From a virus, in the IMG/VR virus record IMGVR_UViG_3300049846_001717, positions 1 through 64,000 of that record: DNA of 64,000 nt. One strand, written 5' to 3'. Under the pieces are notes generated by a model. That model saw only the letters and a list, made by a program, of their open reading frames with translations, searched no databases and was not told where the DNA came from. Of this stretch, positions 1 through 10,479 are shown piece after piece. The position numbers were made by a program, and so were the translations under genes. The first letter of the stretch is position 1; the number at the start of each line of letters is the position of its first letter.

Positions 1-590
1 TTCCAGTTGATGTGAAATTCGAACGCCACCACGTTTTTGCTAGCCGTGGGATTCTTGTATTTCATGGTACTGGCTTCGTAGTACGACCGGGCAACAAAGT
101 AATTGAGTTTACCCGATTCATCATAAGACGGAATGATGATACGATTTTTGTAAGCACCATCAGTACAATAGCCAATCTGATACCGGAGAATATCGGCCGC
201 GGTCAATCCACGGTCGAGTGTATACCGCATAGCCGTTCGATATCCGAAATCCATGTTCGTCGGCGGCACGTATAACGGTTTGTACTCCGGCGGCAACGTC
301 AATATCGTAGTGGATGGCGTATATTCGGTGACGTTCGATGTGTCATCATTCAACAATCGATACAACTCCGACATTTCTTCCTTCGTACAATTCAATTTGT
401 GAAACAATGATACGAGTTTGCCGCCACGTTCATTACAATGCCAGCAATGCCACGCACCCCGTTTATCGAGGTTAATGGCTAATTTAGGACTGGAATGATG
501 ACAGAACGGACACGAATAGTAGAATTCGCCTTTGGGGTGCCGTTTGTGAGTACCGAGAATGCTATCAATTAGATTGAGTAGTTCTTGCAT
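1..590 (-). CDS. DNA primase, T4 gp61-like (runs off left edge)
   Basis: Hand translation from ATG 590: MQELLNLIDSILG...YSCPFCHHSSPKLAINL...WHCWHCNERGG (Zn ribbon)...YKNRIIIPSYDESGKLNYFVARSY...KYKNP; absent from ORF track because truncated. Confidence 0.85.
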   Translation of the reverse strand, partial: MQELLNLIDSILGTHKRHPKGEFYYSCPFCHHSSPKLAINLDKRGAWHCWHCNERGGKLVSLFHKLNCTKEEMSELYRLLNDDTSNVTEYTPSTTILTLPPEYKPLYVPPTNMDFGYRTAMRYTLDRGLTAADILRYQIGYCTDGAYKNRIIIPSYDESGKLNYFVARSYYEASTMKYKNPTASKNVVAFEFHINW

Positions 591-617
591 AGTTCGCGGA
601 GGAAGTTATGCTGAAAT

Positions 618-986
618 CTACTGTTCATCTACGGATTCGTCAAGTACCTTGGGTTGGATCAGATCCATAAAATGAGTCAATTCTATGGTGACATACGTCT
701 TACTTTTATTGCGCTTGAACACCAATAGCGGTTCGGTACCGGGTTTGGTATTGGCTTCGGCTTGTTCAAGGCACGACCAGATTGAAATTGATTCTTGATT
801 TTTGCATTCCACGGAATAGGGAAACTTTTTCCGTGCGGCGGGACTCAGTTTAATGTCGGTACCAGACGCACCCATCGATGTCGAAACCACATCATCGGGT
901 TCGAGTTCTGAAAATCGTTCAAGAATCAAATCACGTACTTCTTGTTGTAATCGACGACCTTTTGCTTTAGCTGAACTGGGACGCAT
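618..986 (-). CDS. PD-(D/E)XK nuclease, Holliday-junction-resolvase-like
   Basis: KAKGRRLQ...GTDI...SVECKNQE motif. Confidence 0.75.
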   Translation of the reverse strand: MRPSSAKAKGRRLQQEVRDLILERFSELEPDDVVSTSMGASGTDIKLSPAARKKFPYSVECKNQESISIWSCLEQAEANTKPGTEPLLVFKRNKSKTYVTIELTHFMDLIQPKVLDESVDEQ

Positions 987-1012
987 AAAACCTCACGGGT
1001 TGTTATCTATAA

Positions 1013-1765
1013 CTATCGTGGTCGAAGTTTGATGTTGTGCTTTTGTGCATAGGATGTAACCACTTTCATCGCAGATTTATATGCGGGGTGTGTTGCATCA
1101 TATCGAAGTGCGGTTTTAATGAGAATGTCATTACCCGTATCAGGATTCTTTACGGTTTGTGACAACACCGATTTGAGAGAACCACGTACGGAAGTATGTG
1201 AATCGGTTTTCGGCGGATAGCCCAGTTCCGTAATGAACATATTCACTTGTTCTTGAGACATCTCACCTAAATCTTTGAATCCCTCGGGTGGCACATAGGC
1301 TTCGTCCGTGAGATTGCCTAACTTCTTACCAGCAGCATCGTTGTCTGTGATGGCCACGGTTTTTTTATTGAGGATCTTGAACCACGGCAATAATGCCTTA
1401 GGATTGTTCGTTAGAACAGCAATGGCGGCGTGACCGGCGTTACGAAGTTTAACGGCATCGAACACACCCTCAACTACGAATAGAGTATCGGCATCTTTGG
1501 TGATGGATTCAGTGCCCCACACGGCCAATCGACTGGTGTTGTCACTTTCCTTGGCCACATACGAATAATACCGACCAAGCGTCGGATTATTGAATGCTGC
1601 TTTGTCGCCGTTTGGATTGTATTTCTGATATCCCACCATTTGGCCGGACAGGTTATACAACAAAAACGTAGCCTGATTGGTTTCTTTATCCATGATGACC
1701 TGTGTTCGGTCCGGATCCAATCCTCGACTGCGTAAATGTTGTTCGATATCTTCGATCGTTGCCAT
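1013..1765 (-). CDS. Toprim-domain (primase-like) protein lacking Zn ribbon, with C-terminal KNPDTGNDIL module
   Basis: VVEGVFDA, TDNDAAG, KDLGE Toprim motifs. Confidence 0.75.
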   Translation of the reverse strand: MATIEDIEQHLRSRGLDPDRTQVIMDKETNQATFLLYNLSGQMVGYQKYNPNGDKAAFNNPTLGRYYSYVAKESDNTSRLAVWGTESITKDADTLFVVEGVFDAVKLRNAGHAAIAVLTNNPKALLPWFKILNKKTVAITDNDAAGKKLGNLTDEAYVPPEGFKDLGEMSQEQVNMFITELGYPPKTDSHTSVRGSLKSVLSQTVKNPDTGNDILIKTALRYDATHPAYKSAMKVVTSYAQKHNIKLRPR

Positions 1766-1766
1766 A

Positions 1767-3365
1767 TTACTGGCTCTGTTGAATCAATTTCATTGCGGCT
1801 TGGTGCGCGGCATGATCAGCCGGATATTTCAGTGCCGACTTGACGAGAATGTCATTGCCCGTGTCAGGGTTTTTGACTTTCTGGTTCATTACGTCCGTGT
1901 CGGAGGTAATGCTACCTGTTTGTTTCTCGTATTCCTTCTGAACAATGACCAACGCTTCATCAGGAGTCAATCCTGGATTTGCATACCACGCGTCTTCCAC
2001 AGCACTCAATAGATTCTTGATGATTGGACCCGGTTTGATACCCAAGGTTCGCATGATATCATTGCCATTGATAGGCAATGTGGGCTTATTGGCGGACAAG
2101 GCCATACTGGACCGTAGAGTGTCCATGCGGTGCTTGATGAATTCGATTTGGTTGGGCATGGAAGCATGTGCTGAATGCGATACATTGTCCGCTTGCATGG
2201 TTTTCAGCGCCGCATCCAAATCATCACCGAGGTCGGCCATGAACTTTCGGATGGCCTTGTCACTGATACCCGTGCCATCGGGACCGGCGGGCTTGAGTCG
2301 CATGTGTTCTTTGACAATTTTCGCCACCGAATTGATTTGATCCAACGGATATTTCAATCGGCGCATAGCCTCATTAGCAATTTCCGATCCCACATCCTCG
2401 TGTCGATAGAAATGAACACCGGTTTCATCCTCACTTTTCGTTTGAGGTTTGCCAATGTCATGAAATAACGACGCCAATCGGGCAGTGATGTCCGGTTCTG
2501 TGTTCTTCAACACTTTCATGATGTGATTGAACACATCGTCATCATGATACGCATTTTGGGACACACCCACGCACGCGTTCAATTCAGGTAGAACGTGTTT
2601 GTTCAATCCGGTAAAGACCAGCAACTTGATGGCCTTATCCGGTGCATCCGTCATCAACATCTTGTCCAATTCTTCTCGTACACGTTCTTTTGAAATGGTC
2701 TGTAACATGTCAGCATTCTTTCGTAACGCCTTGACCATGGAAATGGGCATCTTCCAATTGTATTTTACAGCAAATCGAATGGCCCGCAACATACGAAGCG
2801 GGTCATCTTTGAACGTAGAATCAGGATCCATCGGTGTTCGAACGATACCATCACGAATGTCGCTCAATCCCATACCCGTGAGATCCAAAACTTCGCCAGT
2901 GGACAGATTTTTGAAGAGTGAATTGACCGTCAAATCTCGACGAAAGGCATCTTCTTTCAGATCGGCGAATATTACTTCAGGCTTTCGGGAATTCTTTTCG
3001 TATGTCTCACCACGCGTCATAACCGATTCGATATCCACGTTGGATAGGTCTACCCCATTGTGTGTGACACCCCGAAGATTGAATTTTGCCGTGCCAAATC
3101 GCGGAAATACGACCGGATTGGCACCTTCGCGGAACGCCCCCACACGGCGGGTGATCCAATTCGCAAATGCAATACCACCGTCGGGCATAGGAATAACGAC
3201 ATCGATATCCTTAACGGGTTTGCCGAGAATTTGGTCGCGCACGGCACCACCGGCCAGCATGACCTTTCCTTCGTACGGAGTACCTTTCAATATCTTTGAA
3301 AAATAGTCCAACGCGGCGTCTTCTTTAGACGCATAATTCTCCAGCAACAATCGAAATCGGATCAT
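1767..3365 (-). CDS. cca: CCA tRNA nucleotidyltransferase with HD domain
   Basis: GGAVRD..KDIDV, EDAFRRDLTVNSL, DDPLRMLRAIRF, SKERVREEL, LFHDIGKP. Confidence 0.92.
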   Translation of the reverse strand: MIRFRLLLENYASKEDAALDYFSKILKGTPYEGKVMLAGGAVRDQILGKPVKDIDVVIPMPDGGIAFANWITRRVGAFREGANPVVFPRFGTAKFNLRGVTHNGVDLSNVDIESVMTRGETYEKNSRKPEVIFADLKEDAFRRDLTVNSLFKNLSTGEVLDLTGMGLSDIRDGIVRTPMDPDSTFKDDPLRMLRAIRFAVKYNWKMPISMVKALRKNADMLQTISKERVREELDKMLMTDAPDKAIKLLVFTGLNKHVLPELNACVGVSQNAYHDDDVFNHIMKVLKNTEPDITARLASLFHDIGKPQTKSEDETGVHFYRHEDVGSEIANEAMRRLKYPLDQINSVAKIVKEHMRLKPAGPDGTGISDKAIRKFMADLGDDLDAALKTMQADNVSHSAHASMPNQIEFIKHRMDTLRSSMALSANKPTLPINGNDIMRTLGIKPGPIIKNLLSAVEDAWYANPGLTPDEALVIVQKEYEKQTGSITSDTDVMNQKVKNPDTGNDILVKSALKYPADHAAHQAAMKLIQQSQ

Positions 3366-3371
3366 ACTGAA

Positions 3372-3680
3372 TTAGTTGGATCCGCGACCTGGGGTGTAGA
3401 ATGGCGTATCCGGTGAATATCGATTGAGTGGAATTGGGGATGTTGCGTCGCCCTGTGGTACGAAGCTCTGTGGTACCACCATCGTCTTCAACTCTTCGTT
3501 GAAATGTTGTACCGCTTTTTCGGTATAGTTACTTGGGTCGCCGGGCTTACGGGCCGTTGCATATTCATCTTGCCATTCGTTGTTTTGATCGACAAAATTG
3601 ACTTTGGCCTGTGGAATGGTGCGAGCTTCGGCCACTCGAGCCTTTTGGGAGTTATTGTACAGCTCTACAAGGTCACTCAT
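3372..3680 (-). CDS. hypothetical protein
   Basis: ORF in tight operon with AGGAG SD. Confidence 0.6.
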   Translation of the reverse strand: MSDLVELYNNSQKARVAEARTIPQAKVNFVDQNNEWQDEYATARKPGDPSNYTEKAVQHFNEELKTMVVPQSFVPQGDATSPIPLNRYSPDTPFYTPGRGSN

Positions 3681-3689
3681 GGTGTCTCC

Positions 3690-4544
3690 TTACGCATCAA
3701 AACGAATGATGATGCTTTGTTGGGTGGTGGCTACTCGACTAATCGGAGATGGAACCTTTGCAATAGCCACTAATTCATACATATCGTTGTACAACCCCAC
3801 GGTAGTGAAATACGGAGTCAAAGTTCCACTGGCAATAAGGTCTTGTGCAGTGGATCCAGAACCTAATACGCTGCCACTGACCGTACGGTTTCGAGCCGAC
3901 GGATTCGAGGTGTAATTGAATTCGCCCGGATCCATCGTGCAAATCACCTGATGTTCGTAAATCGTATGAATGCCAGAGAATTGTACATTGATGGTCGATC
4001 CAGTGGTCATGAACAGACCACGGCTTGTAACCAGTGACCCACTGAATGAGCCCGTATCTTGTTGTATTACTGCCACGCCCACGCCGTAGAAAATGTTACC
4101 GATGACCGTGGTTGGTGCGGTACTCGATACCAATCGACCGTGCCCGTCATCATAAATACTTGCGGTACTGGCGGCCGACGTCAATCGGAATGTGCCCTCA
4201 CGAACCCCTTCTCCAAATTTTTGCTGTGCAATGTTCACAACATAGAAAGCCGACCCGGTCGGATAGAATCGGCGGGCATCGCCCGCGGGTACATAAACAC
4301 TTTCCGAGGTTCCGGTACTACCCGTATAGAACAAATGTTGTGCCGATCGATACAACAGTTGCTTATGTATCCCACTCGTGTTGACGTTGGTCCCGGATAC
4401 GAATGTATTCCAATTGGACGGGGGTGCCAACGCTAAATCGATGAACACTCCATCATTTACCGCTCCATACGTGTGACTGAACGTCCACGATTTATTGACG
4501 CGGAACGGTCGAATGGTGTAATTTTCAGGAGTAATGGATTTCAT
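3690..4544 (-). CDS. virion structural protein (tail/baseplate associated)
   Basis: S/G/T-rich; C-terminal YFTTVGLYND..ELVAIAK motif shared with next gene. Confidence 0.6.
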   Translation of the reverse strand: MKSITPENYTIRPFRVNKSWTFSHTYGAVNDGVFIDLALAPPSNWNTFVSGTNVNTSGIHKQLLYRSAQHLFYTGSTGTSESVYVPAGDARRFYPTGSAFYVVNIAQQKFGEGVREGTFRLTSAASTASIYDDGHGRLVSSTAPTTVIGNIFYGVGVAVIQQDTGSFSGSLVTSRGLFMTTGSTINVQFSGIHTIYEHQVICTMDPGEFNYTSNPSARNRTVSGSVLGSGSTAQDLIASGTLTPYFTTVGLYNDMYELVAIAKVPSPISRVATTQQSIIIRFDA

Positions 4545-4652
4545 GAACGTAGTGTGTCAGGTAAATCGAACGGCCCACTTAAAGTATAGTATTTTGATAT
4601 ACTACCAGTAGTGGGCCGGCCGATGATCAAAACCAACGCTAGCTAAGAATGC

Positions 4653-5726
4653 TTACCAATCGAGACGAACTCTCACAAGCAATTCACGATCGAAACTCTT
4701 CAACGTTGGACGACTCAACTTACCAACGGCCAACAGTTCGTTATCATCGTTGTACATACCGATGGTAGTGACATATACCTTCGGATCCTTGATGAACGAA
4801 TTGTAAATCAATGTACCGTTTGTGGCGTCATAGAACGTCGGATTGTTGGAGTAATTGAACTCCTTGTTACGAATACGAACGAAGTAGTTGGTGCTGGAGA
4901 TGGTTTCCGCGGATCGTGCCTGGAAATCGCCACCCAACTTGATCGAATTGTACAATCCGGCGTGGTTGTATTGATGTACGGCAGAGGAGGCCGTGTTCGG
5001 TGCGAACGGACGACTGCCCGAAGTGCTTGCAAATGCGCCAGAAATCAAACCGACGGACTCACTAATAGCATTTGGGTTGAGAATGATGATGCCGACCGAT
5101 GGATAGAACAATCCATATCCACCGTGGTTCACTGACCGCGATTGAGCAATGGTCGAACCTGACGCACCAGTCAAGCTACCCGATACTACATTGAATACCG
5201 TACCGGCAGTGCCCACAGTTGGGTCCAATGTCTGGCCCGAATCGTCAATGAAGGTACGAAGACCGTTCGATCCCGACAGACGAAGTACCCAATTGCCCGG
5301 ATCCAACGATTCGCGAACACGAGCACGAGCGATATTGATCGCGTAGATGTGATCGTGGCTCTTGTTGCCATCGAAAGTGAACTGTGTGTCTTCCGGCTCC
5401 AACAACAGATTACGATATTGTGAATATACCGCAGTGGTAGACAACGTAGCGGTATCACTATCGGTCAATGTCGGTGCGCCGCCACCATTACGGTTACCGT
5501 AGGCAACGGAGAATTGAACTTCAGGGATCGGAACGCTGCTGGCAACGTTCGGATCGGTCTGATAAACGTCCCAGTAATACTGGCCGGACGTTGAAGATGA
5601 TGCCTGAGCCGACGATGAGTAGAATGCTACGAGGCTACCGGTATCACCAGTCCACAGACCCGTAGTCACTTCACTGGCATTACCAGGAACTATATCGTCT
5701 TCAGAAAAACGTGCAAAAGTACCCAT
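4653..5726 (-). CDS. virion structural protein (tail/baseplate associated)
   Basis: C-terminal YVTTIGMYNDDNELLAVGKLSRP, paralogous to 3690-4544. Confidence 0.6.
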   Translation of the reverse strand: MGTFARFSEDDIVPGNASEVTTGLWTGDTGSLVAFYSSSAQASSSTSGQYYWDVYQTDPNVASSVPIPEVQFSVAYGNRNGGGAPTLTDSDTATLSTTAVYSQYRNLLLEPEDTQFTFDGNKSHDHIYAINIARARVRESLDPGNWVLRLSGSNGLRTFIDDSGQTLDPTVGTAGTVFNVVSGSLTGASGSTIAQSRSVNHGGYGLFYPSVGIIILNPNAISESVGLISGAFASTSGSRPFAPNTASSAVHQYNHAGLYNSIKLGGDFQARSAETISSTNYFVRIRNKEFNYSNNPTFYDATNGTLIYNSFIKDPKVYVTTIGMYNDDNELLAVGKLSRPTLKSFDRELLVRVRLDW

Positions 5727-5740
5727 CGGTCAATCTCCTA

Positions 5741-6376
5741 TTAGGTTGTTGGCTCAGGTCGAATAGTGACCGGAATTGTAATCGTAGCTCCGGTTTCGTT
5801 GCCGATCAAAGTCAATTGCGTCGTAAGAGTCGTATCGACATCCTTTGGCGTCAATGTGAACTCAAGACCTCGTGCGACAACCGCATTTGCGCTACCGACA
5901 TCACCAAGGAACGTCGGAGACGTTGCGCCGGCGCTCGTCGAAAGACCCGTGCCCACCAACACCGCAGCATCCGAATCATACAAAATGGCGGTGTAACCAA
6001 ATCCAGGACCATTCAATCCCTGGGTCGTGGTCGGACGGATTGGCAATGCGTTGGACTGACCCGAAGTTAGGACAATCGTTGTAAATCCTACCGTGATGAT
6101 AGGCATTTGCTTGGTGCCCCGCGGCAACGTGACCAGTTTGTACTTCATTACCTGGGTTTCGTCCGGGGAAGCTTCGATCAGCGGCATATTTTCAATGATG
6201 CTGCCGTAGAAATTGGAGCCCAGTGGATGACTGGTCGTGTATAGACCATAATCTACTTCGTCATCGGCAAGGGCAAACTGACTGATTTTGAATCCAGTAC
6301 CCCGTGCTAGCAATTCTCGACCTTTGGTGGTCAAAATTGCATCGACGGTGGTTTCCGTATTATCAAGGTAGGCCAT
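5741..6376 (-). CDS. virion structural protein (tail-collar/baseplate-like)
   Basis: AILTTKGRELLA..ISQFALADDEVDY N-terminus typical of phage tail-collar-like proteins. Confidence 0.55.
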   Translation of the reverse strand: MAYLDNTETTVDAILTTKGRELLARGTGFKISQFALADDEVDYGLYTTSHPLGSNFYGSIIENMPLIEASPDETQVMKYKLVTLPRGTKQMPIITVGFTTIVLTSGQSNALPIRPTTTQGLNGPGFGYTAILYDSDAAVLVGTGLSTSAGATSPTFLGDVGSANAVVARGLEFTLTPKDVDTTLTTQLTLIGNETGATITIPVTIRPEPTT

Positions 6377-6412
6377 GGTGTTACTCTCCTGTTATACTAC
6401 AAAATTCATACC

Positions 6413-6420
6413 TATAAATA
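6413..6420 (-). promoter_or_regulatory. putative late promoter TATTTATA
   Basis: Exact copies in intergenic positions at 6413, 18647, 27335, 56851. Confidence 0.55.
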
Positions 6421-6435
6421 GTAGGTCTGTGGTCA

Positions 6436-9400
6436 TTATCGAACGGTTAAAACGGGTCCTGATGCATTATTGTTGCGTTGGATAGGTTCGGCACCCGTGG
6501 AAACCACCAGTACATCGCCTGCCGATGGGATAATTTCGATAGCCGGACCACCATCGAAGGTGTCAATGTCCGTGGATTTGCACCCCAATCGCTTTCTACG
6601 CAACGTACCCAATCGACGATCCTCAAAAAACTTGTAATGTTTGGTATCATATCCGACGAACGGTGTATATCCGGCGCTCGCGGCGGTCAGTTCGACCCGT
6701 CCATTGACCTCGGATGCAACTCGAACGTCCCATCGGAACTCCGATACATACGTCATTTTGCGCCAGTTGTCCGTATCTAATGCCGGCGGGTTGTTACTTA
6801 CGAATGCCGTAGGAGATGGCGCGACGGTGCAGACGTACTCTATAGAATTTCCGAACTCAGCAGACCCCGTTTGTCCGGTTTGTACCACAAATTGACCAGC
6901 TCGATAGGTGGTTCCACGGGTCCATGTACCAGCATCCGTGAGTGCAGACTGATTTCGACGCACCACTGCAGACGATGGCACTCGGATCTTACCGGCAATT
7001 TGAGTAAAGTACGTTGTAGACCCCACATATTCAAAATCTACCGTCGGGTAAATGACATTGACCAATACATTTTCATCAAGATAATCATTTAGTCCCGTAT
7101 TGACCAACACGGTTGAACCAGGACGTAACGTTGACAATAATTGTACGAAATATGGCTGATATTGTGGTGGAATTTGTGGAATGCTGGTCGCGCCAAACCG
7201 ACGTAACAAGAAGTTGATGTACGCGCGACGAGATGAATCTTCGTCGATAGTGAGATTTTCGGCTTGTACCAAGTCATCTTGATTCAAATCGATGGTATCG
7301 TCCAAATTCAAGAAATATCCATCGATTATATCGGTCGGTGTAACAATAGGCGACGCTTCTAACGTATCATACGATCCTTCAACATTCATTGTATCGGCCG
7401 TAGTATCCAACACCGTATTCAATGTATCATACGTAGACGATACCGTGGTTGGTTGTGTGGTGACCGGCGTCGCTTCCCACATCGGAGTATCCAACTCTGG
7501 CAATGTATATTGAATCTTGTTACGTTCCAATATCGGAGATTCGAGTACGATACCCGTCAATAGGCGTGTTCGAGCTGGTACCAATTTCTTGGCTTGAAGG
7601 AATAACGATTCCAACAACGTGTCCACAAACCGAATGAACGTGTTGAAGTTGTAGCTGTATGCGTAATTGTTCCAATACAACGTATTCAGTGCCTTAAGGT
7701 CTGGATACGATGTGTCGTACAGATTTGATGGGTCGCCGATGTAATCCTGAATATCGATGTTGCCGATGGATCGAATGATACTATCGTTGATGGCGTCCGT
7801 GGTGGACAAGTAGAATCCAACTGTCGTGTCCGACTGAATTGCATCAAACTTATCGTCCAACACCACCATGCTCTTATTGTGGGACAAGACCGGACTACTA
7901 CCACTTGTGTTGAGGTATCGATATTGTGCTGGATCGGCGATGGAGATCTTGTTGCTTACAAATTGTGTACCGCCCACGTTTGGCGCGTAACGCAATACCG
8001 TACGCGTCTCCGTGTTCATACTATATGGATAGGTGGCTTCGTTTGTAAAGCCCGACGCGCTGAATTGCAACAGAGCGGCTGACGCGGTGTGGTATGCCAC
8101 GTATGGTGATTCATTGACCACAAATGGCGTGGTCCCGAGATTTCGTGGTTTGTTGAAACTCAAACGAACCAACAATTCATCTCGAGCCGAAGTAGTGGCA
8201 TTACCATTGTACAAGGCAGGATACTGTGTATGTAACGATAGTACCGAACTGGATAATGGTGTGGACCACATTCTAAACTCATCAACCGTGCCAATGAATG
8301 GCGCGGATGATCCGCTGGAACCGAGATATAGAGTTGTTCCGGCGGTCCAGAAACCTGGATCTGCGAAGGATGTGTACGCCTGTTCTACGATATCTCCATC
8401 ATCGTCTGCTCGCATGAGTGACATGCTGACCGTGGAGCCGTATCGAGTAAGGGCAAGATGGAAATATTCACCGGAGAACAGTTCTAATGCATCAGTTGAT
8501 TGTACTACACTTGCGCCATCGGTGAACGCCACACGGCCATATGTACCAGCGGTGGGTTGTACGTCAACATACCAGTTGTTGCCTACATTGAACAACGATG
8601 CACTACGTGCAGTTGATGTAGCAAACCGCAGCTGAATCGTGTTTGGTGTACTGAATGTACCACTGAACGGAATTCGAACATACGATCCACTCAATTCCAA
8701 CACGTTTGTCTGTTCTTCAAACACTTCGTATGACGCAGTCGTGTAGAACGACGGCGTAGCTGCTTCACGAATCTGTACGGTGGTTGGCAATACGCCATAC
8801 ACGTTCAACAACCCTCGTAGAGCAGTCGCGGTACCCTTGGTCTTCAACAAGTACATCTGATTGTGAAGGAATCGTTTCCACGTTTCCGCCACAGATGTAC
8901 GATAGACAGCCGGATCCACTTCGCTTTGTGCGCCGATGGTGTAATCGACTAGATTTTCGATCGCGTATTGATTTGGCAAATCGATGCCGAACGAATCGGC
9001 GATCGTCCATACCATGTCCGAAGACAAACCTTCCGTTGGATCACTATTACGATCATAAATTGATGACATGTTATCGGCATACAATTTGACCGTATCAAAA
9101 TGATGACCGACCATATCCACAAACGTGAGGAATGATTCCGATCGCTCATCTGACTGTAGGTATTCAGGAAGATTATTAGCCAGTCGATTGACATTCTGTA
9201 TGTCATACGCCATTGCGATGGCTTCAATGTTACTGATCCAGCCCGATGCACTGGCCGATGCGACCGTTACCACCGATCCACTGATCTTAGGCCACGTTGC
9301 GTCCGCAAGATAATACAATTCATCAACGGCACCACCATCACCAGAAAATGAGGATGAATACGGCACGTTCGATTCATAGTATAAGAATCGTTCGTATCCA

Positions 9401-10479
9401 TCAAATGATTGAATCAAATCGTTACGCTGTGTAACAATCGACTGAATTGCTGGATATACCGCTGATCCGGTGAAACCCGCGAGTCCACTGGATGATACAG
9501 CCGCAGCGACCGACGCCGATTGTTCGTTGATGATTCGGTTGAAATCCTCGATCGACAACAGTTTGTTTTTGAACGCGGCCAATCGATTGAGCGCAGAACT
9601 ATAGAATACGAACTGTGCAAAGTCCGCATAATCTACGTTCAACTCCGCACCCTCAAACGAACTTACAAACCATTGATCTCGAATTGGATCCGATGTGTTG
9701 ATTTTATCGAACGATCCGGTGGTGAACAACGTTTGTTTGGTGGCGTTTTCAATTTCCGCACCAGACCGACCCGCTACATATACGTTTCGATTTGGCGGTC
9801 GAAGATACGTGCGTGGTACGTCAACCTGTGTGTAGAATACGAAGATCTGATCCAACAGTGGTGTTGCCAATTCTCGAACAATCCAACCTGTCGAACGGAG
9901 GTTGACATCAACCGGCAGTGGTTGATACAGTTTGACAATTGCCGATGTTTGTGTGGTATCACCCGGTGCAGGTGCCCAATTCACCAACGTGGCTTGATAA
10001 TCTTGTCCGAAGTTCAGTAATGTCTTACCCCGACGCGATTGATCGAAGTAACGTTCAATACTCTGTGAGGTAAGTTTGTTGACGGCTGCTACTACCGCAT
10101 CAACCAACGGAATCTGAATCGGGTTGATCTGTAATGTGATAGGATACGTGGTTTGTATTGGCTTGTATGCCGGTACCGCCGCGCCTACTTGAATCTTTAC
10201 CGTTATGGTTTTATGTCCAGCTTTGACTTCCGGCCCCGGTATATCGATGGCCTGTGCAGCAGGCGGGAACGCCCGAACAACACCTAGAATTTTGTTGAGC
10301 TTTTCGACCGTGACCTGTGTATCAGGAATGGCATTTACTTGAGCACGTACCTGATTGCCCAAGAAATCCCAACCAACCACGAACACCAGAAAATCACCCC
10401 GTGTGTAAAAGTACGGAGTGTTGGTACGAATTCCATTATCGCGTCGAAGAACGGCAATCTGACTGGTAGTATACCGCAT
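6436..10479 (-). CDS. large baseplate/tail structural protein with probable LamG-like domain
   Basis: 1347 aa; LLKTKGTATALRGLL wedge-like motif; FHLALT..FIGTVDEFRMW LamG-like. Confidence 0.6.
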   Translation of the reverse strand: MRYTTSQIAVLRRDNGIRTNTPYFYTRGDFLVFVVGWDFLGNQVRAQVNAIPDTQVTVEKLNKILGVVRAFPPAAQAIDIPGPEVKAGHKTITVKIQVGAAVPAYKPIQTTYPITLQINPIQIPLVDAVVAAVNKLTSQSIERYFDQSRRGKTLLNFGQDYQATLVNWAPAPGDTTQTSAIVKLYQPLPVDVNLRSTGWIVRELATPLLDQIFVFYTQVDVPRTYLRPPNRNVYVAGRSGAEIENATKQTLFTTGSFDKINTSDPIRDQWFVSSFEGAELNVDYADFAQFVFYSSALNRLAAFKNKLLSIEDFNRIINEQSASVAAAVSSSGLAGFTGSAVYPAIQSIVTQRNDLIQSFDGYERFLYYESNVPYSSSFSGDGGAVDELYYLADATWPKISGSVVTVASASASGWISNIEAIAMAYDIQNVNRLANNLPEYLQSDERSESFLTFVDMVGHHFDTVKLYADNMSSIYDRNSDPTEGLSSDMVWTIADSFGIDLPNQYAIENLVDYTIGAQSEVDPAVYRTSVAETWKRFLHNQMYLLKTKGTATALRGLLNVYGVLPTTVQIREAATPSFYTTASYEVFEEQTNVLELSGSYVRIPFSGTFSTPNTIQLRFATSTARSASLFNVGNNWYVDVQPTAGTYGRVAFTDGASVVQSTDALELFSGEYFHLALTRYGSTVSMSLMRADDDGDIVEQAYTSFADPGFWTAGTTLYLGSSGSSAPFIGTVDEFRMWSTPLSSSVLSLHTQYPALYNGNATTSARDELLVRLSFNKPRNLGTTPFVVNESPYVAYHTASAALLQFSASGFTNEATYPYSMNTETRTVLRYAPNVGGTQFVSNKISIADPAQYRYLNTSGSSPVLSHNKSMVVLDDKFDAIQSDTTVGFYLSTTDAINDSIIRSIGNIDIQDYIGDPSNLYDTSYPDLKALNTLYWNNYAYSYNFNTFIRFVDTLLESLFLQAKKLVPARTRLLTGIVLESPILERNKIQYTLPELDTPMWEATPVTTQPTTVSSTYDTLNTVLDTTADTMNVEGSYDTLEASPIVTPTDIIDGYFLNLDDTIDLNQDDLVQAENLTIDEDSSRRAYINFLLRRFGATSIPQIPPQYQPYFVQLLSTLRPGSTVLVNTGLNDYLDENVLVNVIYPTVDFEYVGSTTYFTQIAGKIRVPSSAVVRRNQSALTDAGTWTRGTTYRAGQFVVQTGQTGSAEFGNSIEYVCTVAPSPTAFVSNNPPALDTDNWRKMTYVSEFRWDVRVASEVNGRVELTAASAGYTPFVGYDTKHYKFFEDRRLGTLRRKRLGCKSTDIDTFDGGPAIEIIPSAGDVLVVSTGAEPIQRNNNASGPVLTVR

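Noticed and set aside
4571-4619. Inverted repeat CGGCCCACT/AGTGGGCCG between structural genes
   Set aside because: Probably an ordinary terminator or stability hairpin
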